This document shows positions 30,243 through 40,842 of a stretch of DNA of 64,000 nt, piece after piece. Made by a program: the position numbers and the translations under genes. The DNA is from an uncultured Desulfarculus sp. (GTDB lineage Bacteria; Desulfobacterota; Desulfarculia; Desulfarculales; Desulfarculaceae), in assembly GCA_963665125.2 (NCBI GenBank), contig CAXXUK010000001.1, positions 3,200,001-3,264,000 on the forward strand. The letters are read 5' to 3'. The stretch's first letter is position 1, and the number at the start of each line of letters is the position of its first letter. The notes under the pieces are model-generated. The model saw only the letters and a list, made by a program, of their open reading frames with translations. It was not told the origin of the DNA and made no database searches.

Positions 30243-30965
30243 TTAAAACAACCAGATATGGTCCAAATCATCTCCATGGCGGCCTAGGCTGTGGCGCTCG
30301 CGAACTATCTTGGCCGGAGACCCGGCAACCACCATGCCCGGCGGCACGTCCTTGTTGACCAGGGCCCCGGCTGCCACGATGGCCTCGGCCCCGATGGTCA
30401 CCCCCGGCATGATCACCGCTCCGGAGTAGATCTTGGCGTGGTCCTCGATGACCACCTTGTTGTAGGAGCGAACCATGTGCGAGTGCTCGTCATGGGCATG
30501 GGTGAATATACGTATGTCTTCGGTAAGGCAAACTGAATTGCCGATTTCCACACCGCCCTTGGAATCGATGAACACGCCCCGGTTGAAAAACACGTTTTCG
30601 CCCACCGAGATGTTTTGCCCGATGTTGAAGCGCACGTTTTCCTCGCAGACGAACGCCACGCCCCGGTCTTGGAAAAGCTGCCCGGCCAGCATCCGGCGGA
30701 AAGGAATGGAGAAAGGCACCAACAGGCTCAAGGGCAGCTTGTCAAAGGCGTCCCACAGGAAATGCAGATGGCGCTGCTTGGCAGTAAAGCCCGGCTCGCG
30801 GCCCCTGGGCAGGGTCTCGGAATACAAAACGCCGTTTTCCAGGTCCTCGGGCTGCAAGCCGCCGCCGCCGATGATGCTCCAGACCTCCACCGTGTCCTCG
30901 GCGTCCAACACGCCTTTCACCAGGGGCTTGATCTGCCGCAATCTTGCATTAAAGTACTCACTCAT
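30243..30965 (-). CDS. Hexapeptide-repeat acyltransferase
   Basis: Left-handed beta-helix repeats, IMPGVTIG...VAGSPAK. Confidence 0.85.
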   Translation of the reverse strand: MSEYFNARLRQIKPLVKGVLDAEDTVEVWSIIGGGGLQPEDLENGVLYSETLPRGREPGFTAKQRHLHFLWDAFDKLPLSLLVPFSIPFRRMLAGQLFQDRGVAFVCEENVRFNIGQNISVGENVFFNRGVFIDSKGGVEIGNSVCLTEDIRIFTHAHDEHSHMVRSYNKVVIEDHAKIYSGAVIMPGVTIGAEAIVAAGALVNKDVPPGMVVAGSPAKIVRERHSLGRHGDDLDHIWLF

Positions 30966-30978
30966 ATACAGTCTCCGC

Positions 30979-31989
30979 TCAACGGTCCGCCAAATCAGCC
31001 CAGGCCGTCATGCCGCCCAGGCTGGAGGCCGCCAAAATGGCGTGGATGATGGCCCGGCTGGCGCAGTCGGCCGCGGCGTGGCCCAGTTCGGTAATGGCCT
31101 GGGCATAGGGCGCGGCAAAGAAGCCTTCGGTTTCGGGAAGGGGCTTTTTGCCGGTGCCCACGCAGAAGATCGTGTCGCCGTCAAACATGGTGTGGGCCGG
31201 GCGGATGGCCCTGGCAAAGCCGTCCTGGGCCATCTGGGCGATCTTCTTGGCTTGGGCCTTGGTCAGGGTGGCGTCGGTGGCCACTATGCCGATGGTGGTG
31301 TTGCGGGCCTCCTGGGGCGCGGGCATTTCCGGCAGCTTCACGGCCCTTTGGCCTTGCGCGCCGAATTCGCCGTCGATCTCCAGGCCGATCTCCCAGGGTC
31401 GGCCCGTGGCCGGGTTGATCACTGAACCCAGGGAGTTGACGGCGATGAGCGCCGCCACGGTGACGCCGCTATCCAGGACCAGGCTGGCCGTGCCCAGTCC
31501 GCCCTTGATGCCGCCGCTCATGGCTCCGGTTCCGGCCCCCTTGGTGCCCATGTCCACAGGCGCGTTGGTTGCGGCCCGGCAGGCCTTGATGCCCCACATG
31601 CGGCCAGTGGGCGGGATGAAATGGGGGCCCCGGCCCAGATCGTACAGGGCAGCGGCGGGCACTATAGGCGCCACCTGGCCCTGCTCCAGGGGGAAGCCCC
31701 AGGCCTGGTCGGACAGCCAGGCCACAACGCCGTCAACAGCCGCCAGGCCGTATACCGATCCGCCGCAGAGGGCCACGGCGTTGACCTTTTCCACCAGGTT
31801 GCAGGGGTCCAGCAGGTCGGTCTCCCGGGTGCCGGGGGCCGACCCCCGCACGTCCACGCCGCCCACCGCCCCGTCGGGGCAGACCACCACCGACAGGCCG
31901 CAGGCGTTTTGCAATTCCTGATAGTTGCCTACCAACAGGCCATCGACATCAGTCATTGAGTTGTTTTTGCCGGGCTGTGCCATCATCAT
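30979..31989 (-). CDS. DmpA/P1 (S58)-family aminopeptidase
   Basis: DVRGSAPGTRETDLL, GGSVYGL, KGGLGTAS, NTTIG, PAHTMFDGD. Confidence 0.88.
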   Translation of the reverse strand: MMMAQPGKNNSMTDVDGLLVGNYQELQNACGLSVVVCPDGAVGGVDVRGSAPGTRETDLLDPCNLVEKVNAVALCGGSVYGLAAVDGVVAWLSDQAWGFPLEQGQVAPIVPAAALYDLGRGPHFIPPTGRMWGIKACRAATNAPVDMGTKGAGTGAMSGGIKGGLGTASLVLDSGVTVAALIAVNSLGSVINPATGRPWEIGLEIDGEFGAQGQRAVKLPEMPAPQEARNTTIGIVATDATLTKAQAKKIAQMAQDGFARAIRPAHTMFDGDTIFCVGTGKKPLPETEGFFAAPYAQAITELGHAAADCASRAIIHAILAASSLGGMTAWADLADR

Positions 31990-32014
31990 ATCCTTACAGC
32001 ATTTACTTTAATTA

Positions 32015-32821
32015 TTAGTCTTCCCAGAAATACACCACCCGCCATTGCTGGCCAGCGAAATCCACGGTCTGCCAGATGCAGCTCTTGGAGGCCATTTTCC
32101 CGGCGGCGTTCTTGTATTTATAGTTCCCCTCGCCCATGGGCGCGGCCAGGATTTGGCGGCCCAGTTCGGCGAATTGAGGGTAGAGCTTCTTGAACTTGGG
32201 GTCTTTCAAAACCGAGCGATAGTTGTTTTCCTGGCGGTTGCTGTACACGAAAAATCCGTCGTCGGCCCGCAGGATGAACACGTTGGAGCCGTATTCAGGC
32301 GGCATGGCGTCGACCACGAAATCAGCCAGGTTGAAAGTGATGCTCACTATGCCCCAATATTTGCCGTTGCAGTTGACAGGATAATTCAGGGCGTTGGCCA
32401 CGAAACCCTCGGCCATGGTGAAATGCTTGCTCAATAGCGGCATGCCGGTCTCGCGCACCGTGTCGGCCTGGCCGGGGTTGCCGGTCTTTTTGCCGATGGC
32501 CGCGTCAAAGTCCTTGGGCAACACGCTGATGATGGTGTTTTCCTGGTCCAAAGTCACCACAGACAGGACATAAGGCTCGCCTTCATACAGTCCGCCCAGC
32601 ACCTTCATGCAATGCTGGCTCTCCAGCCCGGCCTCGCACAGGGTCGCGGCCGCAGTAGACATGCGGCCGTTGATATCGGCTATTTGTTTTTGTATCGCCC
32701 CCACCACCAGATCCAACTCGGTCTGGTGATCCGAGGCATCGGGCCCAGGCGGGGTGGCCCAGGCCGGGACGGCCAATACGAGCATAAGCAGCAGGCAAAA
32801 AACAATGCGCGTGGTTTTCAT
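32015..32821 (-). CDS. Stand-alone periplasmic Cache-domain protein
   Basis: Signal peptide; PLLSKHFTMAEG, GEGNYKY, WQTV...WRVV; no cytoplasmic output domain. Confidence 0.7.
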   Translation of the reverse strand: MKTTRIVFCLLLMLVLAVPAWATPPGPDASDHQTELDLVVGAIQKQIADINGRMSTAAATLCEAGLESQHCMKVLGGLYEGEPYVLSVVTLDQENTIISVLPKDFDAAIGKKTGNPGQADTVRETGMPLLSKHFTMAEGFVANALNYPVNCNGKYWGIVSITFNLADFVVDAMPPEYGSNVFILRADDGFFVYSNRQENNYRSVLKDPKFKKLYPQFAELGRQILAAPMGEGNYKYKNAAGKMASKSCIWQTVDFAGQQWRVVYFWED

Positions 32822-32980
32822 GAGGCTCCTTCCATAACCGGCCCTTGGGCCGCGGTCTTGCTTGGCGTTTTTCTCATAATGCCACTTTTATACCTTTAGC
32901 GCCAATGTCCGGTTGGCGTGGAGAGCCTTTATCCGGTGTGTTATGATTTTCCAATATTTAATAGCGGGGGCGCCAGCGCA

Positions 32981-34933
32981 ATGATTAGCATTCTCATGGA
33001 CATGGTCATCATTTTCGGCCTTTCCCTGGCCGGGGTCTACATCTGCCATTGGCTGCGCCTGCCCAGCATCCTGGGCTTTCTTTTAAGCGGTGCCTTGCTG
33101 GGCCCCCACGGCTTCGGGGTCATCCACAACGCCCACGAGGTCGAGATTCTGGCCGAAATCGGCGTTGTGCTGCTGTTGTTCACCATCGGCCTGGAATTCA
33201 GCCTGCGGGAGATCAAGCGCCTCAAACGGGCGGCCCTGCTGGGCGGTTCCTTGCAGGTCTTCGGCACCCTGGCCCTTGCAGCCGGGGCATGCCGGTTACT
33301 GGGTTTTTCCTGGAGCATCTCGATTTTCTGCGGCTTTTTGATGGCCCTTTCCAGTACGGCCATTGTCCTCAAACTGATGCAGGACCGGGCCATCCTTGAC
33401 AGCCCAGGCGGCAACACAACCCTGGCCGTGCTGCTGTTCCAGGACATCATCGTGGTGCCCATGATGCTGGTTACGCCCCTTTTAGCCGGGCAAAGCGAAC
33501 CGGGCGGCGGCTGGCTTTTTTTGGCCAAGGGCGGAGCCATGATGCTGCTTTTGTTGGTGGGCGCCCGCTGGATCATACCCAAGGTCCTCAACAGCCTGGT
33601 GGCCACCCGCAGCAGGGAGCTGTTCATCATCGCCGTGGTGGGCCTGTGCCTGGCCGTGGCCATGCTTACCTGGTGGGCCGGGCTGTCTCTGGCCCTGGGC
33701 GCGTTCATCGCCGGGCTGATCCTGGCCGAATCTCCTTACGGCCATCAGGCCGTGGGCAGCATCATGCCCATGCGCGACATCTTCACCAGCCTGTTTTTCG
33801 TGTCCATCGGCATGCTTTTCGATGTGCAGTTTCTGTTGCGCTCGCCCGGCACGGTGGCCCTGATTCTGGGGGCGGTCCTGGTGTTGAAGACCCTCACCGG
33901 CGGCGCGGCGGCCAGGGCCGTGGGCCTGCCCCTGAAATCGGCGGCCCTGGTGGCTCTGGGCCTGAGCCAGGTGGGCGAGTTTTCCTTTATCCTGGCCAAG
34001 ATCGGCATGGAGCACAGCCTGCTGACCCAGGAGCTGTATCAACTTTTCATGGTCGTCTCCGTGGTGACCATGGCCCTGACTCCCTCGCTGCTTAGCCTGG
34101 GCCAGGCCGTCGGCAAGCGGCGCAAGTCCTATACCGAGGCCAAGCCGCCTGACCAGGCGGCCACCGGCCACATCATCGTGGTAGGTTACGGCATCAACGG
34201 CCGCAACGTGGTGCGGGCCGCCACCTTGGCCGGTATCCCCCATGTGGTCATCGAGATGAACCCCTCGGTGGTGCGCCGGGAGCAAAAGGACGGCGAAAAC
34301 ATCTTCTTCGGCGACGCCTCGTCGCCCGACGTGCTGGCCCATGCCGGTGTGCACAGCGCCAACGTCATGGTCATTGCCATTGCCGATCCGGCAGCCACCC
34401 GCCATATCACGGCCACGGCCAAGGCCATGAACCAGGGACTGCACGTCATCGCCCGCACACGGTTCGTCCAGGAAGTCGACGCACTCTACGCCCTGGGGGC
34501 CGACGAAGTCGTGCCAGAGGAATACGAGACCTCCCTGGAGCTATTCACGCGCGTACTGCGGCGGCTGATGATCCCGGAAAGCGAAATCCGCCGCCGGGTC
34601 CATGAACTCAAGGCCAAGAGCTACAAGCAGCTTCGGCTCCAGGAGCCCGAGCCCCTGGAAAGCGGCGGGCTGGCCGACCTGTTGGCCGACGTGCAGATGT
34701 CCACCTTCAAGGTCGAACCGGAGGCGCCGCTGGCCGGGCAGACCCTGGGCCAGGCCAATCTGCGCCGGGACCATAACCTGACCGTGCTGGCCATCCAACG
34801 CGGCGGCCAGGTCATCCCCGCGCCCGACGCCGACGCCTTGATCATGGCCGGGGACAGGCTGGTGATTCTGGGCGACGCCGAAGACATGGCCCAGGCTCCG
34901 GGCCTTTTCTGCCTGGATGATCTCCAGGCATAG
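32981..34933 (+). CDS. CPA2 cation:proton antiporter (Kef-like) with TrkA-N and TrkA-C domains
   Basis: LLFTIGLEFS, LLFQD, FFVSIGM, SQVGEFSF, VVGYGINGR. Confidence 0.92.
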   Translation: MISILMDMVIIFGLSLAGVYICHWLRLPSILGFLLSGALLGPHGFGVIHNAHEVEILAEIGVVLLLFTIGLEFSLREIKRLKRAALLGGSLQVFGTLALAAGACRLLGFSWSISIFCGFLMALSSTAIVLKLMQDRAILDSPGGNTTLAVLLFQDIIVVPMMLVTPLLAGQSEPGGGWLFLAKGGAMMLLLLVGARWIIPKVLNSLVATRSRELFIIAVVGLCLAVAMLTWWAGLSLALGAFIAGLILAESPYGHQAVGSIMPMRDIFTSLFFVSIGMLFDVQFLLRSPGTVALILGAVLVLKTLTGGAAARAVGLPLKSAALVALGLSQVGEFSFILAKIGMEHSLLTQELYQLFMVVSVVTMALTPSLLSLGQAVGKRRKSYTEAKPPDQAATGHIIVVGYGINGRNVVRAATLAGIPHVVIEMNPSVVRREQKDGENIFFGDASSPDVLAHAGVHSANVMVIAIADPAATRHITATAKAMNQGLHVIARTRFVQEVDALYALGADEVVPEEYETSLELFTRVLRRLMIPESEIRRRVHELKAKSYKQLRLQEPEPLESGGLADLLADVQMSTFKVEPEAPLAGQTLGQANLRRDHNLTVLAIQRGGQVIPAPDADALIMAGDRLVILGDAEDMAQAPGLFCLDDLQA

Positions 34934-35058
34934 ACCGCCGGAAGGCACACCGGTACGTTGTTGCCATGCGCAGTCCCCTTTGGCACTATGGGATGTGTTG
35001 CCTGAAATTCGCGAACCCATGCAACGCCACATCCCGGAGACGTCAAAGGAGATATGCA

Positions 35059-36186
35059 ATGTTCAAGAAATTGCTCCGGCTCGCGGGCCTGGCCGCCTTG
35101 CTATTGGCCGCTCCCGCCCTGGCCGGGCCCATGCCCGATTGCTGTTCACCCAAATACAAGGACAACGTGATGCAAAGTTACCGAAACCTGCAATACAAGA
35201 TGTGTATTTACGGTGAACTCCCGGCCAAGGGCGCGGGCCTGCGTTTGGGAGTGTATCAGGCCCAGGCCTCCTATGGCCCCGGCGCCACCGACAAAAACCT
35301 GGCCCGCCTGGAAAACGCGGTAAAGCAGGCCGCCCGCTTCGGCGTACAGCTGCTGTCGTTTCCCGAGCTGTACCTGCCCGGCTACACCCTGAGCCCGGAA
35401 GAGGCCCGCCAGGTGGCCCAGTACGCCGCAGGACCGGCCATCACCCAGGCTTGCAAGATCGCCGCCGCGCACAAAATTGCCCTGTTGGTGCCCTATGCCG
35501 AAAAGGACGACGAATCAGACGGCAAGACCTATTACTACGACAGTATCGCGGTGATCAGCGCCCGGGGCAAGCTGCTGCAAAGCTACCGCAAAACTCATCT
35601 GTACGCCCAGCAGGAGCGGGACAACTGGTCGTTCGGCGACAAGCTCTGCGACATCTTCGAGGTCAACGGCCTGCCCGTGGGCGTCTTGAACTGTTACGAA
35701 TGCGAATTCCCCGAGCTTAGCCGCATCCTGGCCCTGCGGGGAGCCAAACTCATCGTCGGCCCCACGGCCGCCGACTGCTACTACACCCTCACCACCGGCA
35801 AACGCAGCGACGTGCCCTACCCGGACATCTCCAAGACCCTGATCCCGGCCTATGCCTATGCCAACAACATCTTCTTCGCCTACTCCAACCGCTGCGGCAT
35901 TGAATCCCGGCAGGACAACCAGTGGCACTACCGGGGCAACAGTATCATCTGCGGCCCTCACGGCGACGTAATCGCCGAGGCCAACCACCAGCAAGACACC
36001 ATGCTGGTGGCCGACATCATCCCCGGCGACTACGGCATGACCCACCCCGAGCCCAAGTACGACTACCTGCGGGACCGCAGGCCCGGCCTGTACAAGGAAC
36101 TGGTCGAGCCCAAGGCCGACTTTGTGGAGGGAGGCTGGACCTACCCCAAATACATCGAAGGCAAGGAAGTGCCGCCCCGCAAATAA
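35059..36186 (+). CDS. Carbon-nitrogen hydrolase (nitrilase superfamily amidase) with a signal peptide
   Basis: FPEL, YRKTHL, NCYECEFPE (E-K-C triad); AAGGAG RBS. Confidence 0.88.
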   Translation: MFKKLLRLAGLAALLLAAPALAGPMPDCCSPKYKDNVMQSYRNLQYKMCIYGELPAKGAGLRLGVYQAQASYGPGATDKNLARLENAVKQAARFGVQLLSFPELYLPGYTLSPEEARQVAQYAAGPAITQACKIAAAHKIALLVPYAEKDDESDGKTYYYDSIAVISARGKLLQSYRKTHLYAQQERDNWSFGDKLCDIFEVNGLPVGVLNCYECEFPELSRILALRGAKLIVGPTAADCYYTLTTGKRSDVPYPDISKTLIPAYAYANNIFFAYSNRCGIESRQDNQWHYRGNSIICGPHGDVIAEANHQQDTMLVADIIPGDYGMTHPEPKYDYLRDRRPGLYKELVEPKADFVEGGWTYPKYIEGKEVPPRK

Positions 36187-36211
36187 AATCCAACACTCAA
36201 ATTAAAATTAC

Positions 36212-36249
36212 ACGCCGCCTCAATCCTTCGTGGATTCGGGCGGCGTTTG
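36212..36249 (+). terminator. Putative terminator hairpin
   Basis: ACGCCGCC..AATCC-TTCG-TGGATT..GGCGGCGT. Confidence 0.55.
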
Positions 36250-36322
36250 ACGTCATACTTTTATAAATACGCAAATAATTCTCAATAAGCATGAAGCAAG
36301 AGTTTTTCGGAGCAGTTCATCA

Positions 36323-37540
36323 ATGGATGTTTTTGTGGCCCGCCAGCCCATACTCGACCGCAAGGGAAGCCTCTTTGCCTACGAGTTGTTGGCCCGCACC
36401 AGCATGGAAAACCGATACGACGCGAAAAACGCCGAGCAGGCCACGGCCAGGGTCATCTGCACATCAGGGACCTCCGTGGGCCTGGAGGACATCACCGGCG
36501 GCAAACCGGCTTTTGTAAATTTTTCCCGTGACGCCTTGCTCCAGGGCCTCGTCCTGGCCATCCCTCCGGAGCGGATCGTGGTGGAGGTCCTCGAAGACAT
36601 TGAGCCAGACACCGAGGTCATCGAAGCCATTACGGCACTAAAGAAAAAGGCGTATCTAATCGCCCTTGACGACCAGTTCGCCTATGACCCCAAAATGGAG
36701 CCCCTGCTAAAGCTTGCCGACATCGTCAAGATAGACCGCACGGACTATGCCGATCCGGCCTGTATAAAATTGCGGGAAAGATGCAAGGAGCTTGGGGTGA
36801 TGCTATTGGCCGAAAAGGTTGAAAACAGCATTGAGCACCAAAACGCCCTGGAGGCCGGGTTCCGGCTTTTTCAGGGGTATTATTATCAAAAGCCGGAGGT
36901 CAAGTCCGGCAAGAGCATCGCTTCCAATCAGGCCTCGCAATTCCGCATCCTCCAGGAACTGCAAAATGAACCTCTAGATCTCGACATCCTGGAAAAGCTG
37001 GTCGGCCAGGACGTGTCGCTGACCTATCGTTTGCTGCTATACATCAATTCTTCCTATTTCAGTTGGATGGAAGAAGTAAACTCGGTACATAGGGCCTTTT
37101 ACTACCTGGGCGAAAACAACATCCGCAAATGGCTTTCCCTGGCCGTTTTGGCCGATCTCACCGAAGATCGGCCCACCGAGTTGATCACCGGTTCGCTGGT
37201 CCGGGCCTTTTTCTGTGAATCGGCCTATCACGCCATGGGCAAGCAAGATGATGACGGCTCCGCCTTCATGACCGGCCTGCTTTCCTTGCTGGAGGCGATT
37301 CTTCTGGTGCCCATGGCCGAAATCTTGGGAAAACTCCCCCTTAGCCAGTCCATTAAAAGGGCTTTAAGCGGAGACAAGGATGAGCCTCTGGCCAAAATGC
37401 TGGACCTGTCCCGCCAGGTGGAGAGTGGCCATTGGGATCAGGCGGCTGAACTGGCCGAATACCTGGGCCTGCCCATGCCCGACGTGGGCCAATTCGGCAT
37501 GGAATCCATGCGGCTGGCCAACAGTCTGCTGTCATTGTGA
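36323..37540 (+). CDS. EAL-like + HDOD domain protein
   Basis: FVARQPI, AYELL, ALDD, LAEKVE, FQGYYY, LLLYINS. Confidence 0.9.
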   Translation: MDVFVARQPILDRKGSLFAYELLARTSMENRYDAKNAEQATARVICTSGTSVGLEDITGGKPAFVNFSRDALLQGLVLAIPPERIVVEVLEDIEPDTEVIEAITALKKKAYLIALDDQFAYDPKMEPLLKLADIVKIDRTDYADPACIKLRERCKELGVMLLAEKVENSIEHQNALEAGFRLFQGYYYQKPEVKSGKSIASNQASQFRILQELQNEPLDLDILEKLVGQDVSLTYRLLLYINSSYFSWMEEVNSVHRAFYYLGENNIRKWLSLAVLADLTEDRPTELITGSLVRAFFCESAYHAMGKQDDDGSAFMTGLLSLLEAILLVPMAEILGKLPLSQSIKRALSGDKDEPLAKMLDLSRQVESGHWDQAAELAEYLGLPMPDVGQFGMESMRLANSLLSL

Positions 37541-37767
37541 TTCATTAATTAGAAGGAGCGCATCGGCTTGCTCCCGCTCATTGCGCCCCAGTGAGTTTGA
37601 AAAGGCAACATCACGTTATCCACAAACGCCGCTCCGCCATTGCTTCGGCGTCACTCTTCATTGACGCTCGGATCAAAAGATAATAATGTCTGCCTGTTCG
37701 ATCTGGATTCGGCCCCCAAGCTTCAGTTGAGCTTCGTGTTGGTTGCTCATACCTGTTGGAGATGAAA

Positions 37768-38151
37768 ATGCATAGAATAGTGTCGTTGTTTTGCGTGGTT
37801 CTTCTGTTGGCCCTGGCCGGAGCGGCCCATGCCTACACCCTCATGGTGACAAACCAAACCAGCCCGGAAGACGGCGTCAGCGTCCGGTGCGACTTTAGGG
37901 GAGACTATGGGCTTGTTGGTGCCATCTCGACCGTCATGCCCGGAAATAGCTCGACGAGAAACATCACCGGACGTGAGGCCGAAGACTGCTTCAGGGAGAT
38001 CAAAATCACGCCTCTGCAAGCGTTTCCCGGGTGCCCGGATTTGTTCAAGGAAGTCACATTGAGCGGTTCGTGGTGTGACCACACCAATGTAAAGGTCAAA
38101 CGTGACGGTTGCGGCTTGGCGGTGGAGGCCGAGCGGCTGGTCAATGAGTAG
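37768..38151 (+). CDS. Small secreted Cys-containing protein, paralog 1
   Basis: Signal peptide ending AHA; similar to 38400..38783. Confidence 0.65.
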   Translation: MHRIVSLFCVVLLLALAGAAHAYTLMVTNQTSPEDGVSVRCDFRGDYGLVGAISTVMPGNSSTRNITGREAEDCFREIKITPLQAFPGCPDLFKEVTLSGSWCDHTNVKVKRDGCGLAVEAERLVNE

Positions 38152-38177
38152 CCCGTTCGCCCGCTTACCATGGATTG

Positions 38178-38218
38178 AAAAAGGCTGTGGCCTGCCGTAT
38201 TGCGGCCACAGCCTTTTT
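38178..38218. terminator. Intrinsic terminator
   Basis: AAAAAGGCTGTGGCC...GGCCACAGCCTTTTT. Confidence 0.75.
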
Positions 38219-38399
38219 ATTGCTAGCCCAAGGCAAGCCGGTGCGCCGCATATTGCCGGGCGCCGAGCCGGCAAGGCCTTCTAGGCATCCACCATATTGA
38301 CCGGTTGTTAGGTTGGATTTATGATGATGGTATCAACGCAACGGCATTGACAAACCCATCCGCGAAACAGTTGTCATCTTTAAGATAATGGAGGACAAC

Positions 38400-38783
38400 A
38401 TGTTGAAAGCAGTAGGCTTATTTTGCATTGCCATTCTGCTGGCATCGGCGGTCGCGGCCCAGGCCTACAGCGTCACCGTGACAAACGAGATGAACACGAC
38501 CGACGGCCTGGGCATCCAGTATGAACACAATATGGACTTTGACACCTATTATTATAAAGCCTTTCTAATCCAGCCCGGTGAGTCGTGGGAAAAATCCTAT
38601 GGCGGACTTTACAGCGGGGTCTGCTTCAAAAGATTCGCCATCAGGGTAAAACAGGAGTTCAGCGGCTGCCCATCCGGCAACCTGACCGACAAATGGATCG
38701 AAAAGAAAGGCACATGGTGCCGAAACGTCAAGGTCAAGGCGATCCGTGACGGCTGCAACCTGATCATTGAGGTGGGCCACTAA
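38400..38783 (+). CDS. Small secreted Cys-containing protein, paralog 2
   Basis: GGAGG RBS; signal peptide ending AQA; shared CF, GCP, GxWC and RDGC motifs. Confidence 0.65.
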   Translation: MLKAVGLFCIAILLASAVAAQAYSVTVTNEMNTTDGLGIQYEHNMDFDTYYYKAFLIQPGESWEKSYGGLYSGVCFKRFAIRVKQEFSGCPSGNLTDKWIEKKGTWCRNVKVKAIRDGCNLIIEVGH

Positions 38784-38797
38784 AACCAGCGTGGTTT

Positions 38798-38838
38798 ATA
38801 AAACAAGGCGGAGGCTTTCGGCCTCCGCCTTGTTTTAT
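38798..38838. terminator. Bidirectional intrinsic terminator
   Basis: ATAAAACAAGGCGGAGGC-TTTCG-GCCTCCGCCTTGTTTTAT. Confidence 0.85.
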
Positions 38839-38863
38839 GGCGTTAGGTAATTCCGCTATGGCG

Positions 38864-40687
38864 TCAGACGTGCTTGCGGGCGCCGCCCAGCTTTTTCATC
38901 TCTTTTTTGCGCAGGCGGATGGACTTGGGCGTCACCTCGACCAGTTCATCTTCGTCGATGTATTCCATGGCCTGCTCCAGGGTGAAATTCCGGGGAGGAA
39001 TCAGGCGCAAGGCCTCGTCGGCGGCCGATGCCCGGATGTTGGTCAGCTTCTTTTCCTTGGTGATGTTGACGGCGATGTCTTCGGTGCGGGAATTCTGCCC
39101 CACTATCAGGCCGGGATATGACGGATCGCCCGGGCTGACAAAGATCGTGCCCCTGGGCTGTAAATGGAAAATGCCGTAGGCCACGGCCTTGCCCAAGCGG
39201 TCGCTGACCAGCGAACCGTTCGAGCGTCCGGCGATCTCTCCGGCATGGGGCGTGTGGCCGATGACCAGGGTGGTCAGTATGCCGGTGCCCCTGGTGTCGG
39301 TGAGGAACTGCGAACGGTAACCAATAAGCCCGCGAGTGGGTATCTCGAACTCCATGCGCACCCGGCCTAGGCCATTGTTGACCATCTTGGCCATCTTGCC
39401 CCGCCGTTTCGAAAGCTTCTCGGTAACCACGCCCACGAACTCGTCGGGCACGTCCACCACGGCCAATTCCAGGGGCTCGCACTTGACGCCATCGATGTCC
39501 TTGACAATGATCTGTGGCTTGGATAGCGACATTTCAAAGCCCTCGCGGCGCATGGTTTCCACCAGCACGGCAAGCTGCAATTCGCCCCGGGCGCTGACCT
39601 TGAATGTGTCGCTGGTCTGGCCCGGCTCCACCCTGATGGACACGTTGTACAGGGTTTCCTTTTCCAGGCGGGCCTTGATCTGCCGGGAGTTGACCTGTGA
39701 GCCTTCGGTGCCGGCCAGGGGCGATGTGTTGATGCCGAACTCCATGGACATGGTCGGCTCTTCCACGGTAATGCCCGGCAGGGCCTTGGGTCTGTCCGGG
39801 TCGGCCAGGGTGTCGCCGATGAAGGCGTCTTCCACACCGGCCACGGCGGCTATATCGCCTGGACCTATGCTGTCGGTGGACACCCTTTGCAGGCCTTCAT
39901 AGGTATAAACCTGGCTAAGGCCGAAGCGTCCGGCGTCCTGTCCTTTTTTCAAAAGGGCCACCTGCTGGCCGGCCAACAGCGAACCGCTAACGACCTTGCC
40001 CACGGCGATGCGGCCCACGTAATCCGAATAATCCAGGTTGGTCACCAGAAATTGCAGGGGCGAATCAGCGTCGCACTTGGGCGGCGGGAAATAATCGATG
40101 ATGGCGTCGAACAAAGGCTTGAGGTCCGAGCCCTCTTCCTCCGGGTCGTTGAGGGCGATGCCGGCCTTGGCGTTGGTGTAGAGCATGGGAAATTCCAGCT
40201 GCTCCTCGGTGGCGTCCAGGTCGATGAGCAGGTCGAAAAGCTCGTTTTCCACCTCGGCTATGCGGCGGTCGGGCCGGTCGATCTTGTTGATCACCGCGAT
40301 GAGCGGCAGTCCCTTGGCCAGGGACTTGCTGAGCACGAAGCGGGTCTGGGGCAATGGCCCCTCGGAAGCGTCCACCAGCAGCAAAACGCCGTCGACCATG
40401 TTCAGGGTGCGCTCCACCTCGCCGCCGAAGTCGGCGTGGCCCGGCGTATCGACGATGTTGAGCTTGACGCCGCCGTAATTGATGGCCGTGTTCTTGGCCA
40501 TGATGGTGATGCCCTTTTCCCGCTCCAGATCCATGGAGTCCATCACCCGTTCGGCCACCTGCTCGTTTTCGCGGAACACGCCGCTTTGCCAAAGCATGGC
40601 GTCGACCAATGTGGTCTTGCCGTGGTCAACGTGGGCCACAATGGCCAGGTTGCGCAGGTCTTTTATTGTTTTTTTCGGACCGGTCAT
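38864..40687 (-). CDS. typA: Translational GTPase TypA/BipA
   Basis: [61 protein letters not shown]. Confidence 0.97.
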   Translation of the reverse strand: MTGPKKTIKDLRNLAIVAHVDHGKTTLVDAMLWQSGVFRENEQVAERVMDSMDLEREKGITIMAKNTAINYGGVKLNIVDTPGHADFGGEVERTLNMVDGVLLLVDASEGPLPQTRFVLSKSLAKGLPLIAVINKIDRPDRRIAEVENELFDLLIDLDATEEQLEFPMLYTNAKAGIALNDPEEEGSDLKPLFDAIIDYFPPPKCDADSPLQFLVTNLDYSDYVGRIAVGKVVSGSLLAGQQVALLKKGQDAGRFGLSQVYTYEGLQRVSTDSIGPGDIAAVAGVEDAFIGDTLADPDRPKALPGITVEEPTMSMEFGINTSPLAGTEGSQVNSRQIKARLEKETLYNVSIRVEPGQTSDTFKVSARGELQLAVLVETMRREGFEMSLSKPQIIVKDIDGVKCEPLELAVVDVPDEFVGVVTEKLSKRRGKMAKMVNNGLGRVRMEFEIPTRGLIGYRSQFLTDTRGTGILTTLVIGHTPHAGEIAGRSNGSLVSDRLGKAVAYGIFHLQPRGTIFVSPGDPSYPGLIVGQNSRTEDIAVNITKEKKLTNIRASAADEALRLIPPRNFTLEQAMEYIDEDELVEVTPKSIRLRKKEMKKLGGARKHV

Positions 40688-40842
40688 GATCGTCCCCAAG
40701 CGGCAGGGCCGCTGATAGAGCCATGGGCAAATTTGGTTTTGCTTGAATCGGGCTATTGAATACCACAAAAACCGTATGCCGGCCCGGACCATGGCCCAAG
40801 ACCGGCAGATTTATTAAAAAATTCACCGAATCGGCAAGTCGC

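Noticed and set aside
37616..37624. DnaA box TTATCCACA
   Set aside because: A single 9-mer is compatible with chance; there is no cluster or origin context.
38340..38390. c-di-GMP-I riboswitch (GACAAACCC...GCGAAA)
   Set aside because: The second stem and receptor motif could not be built.
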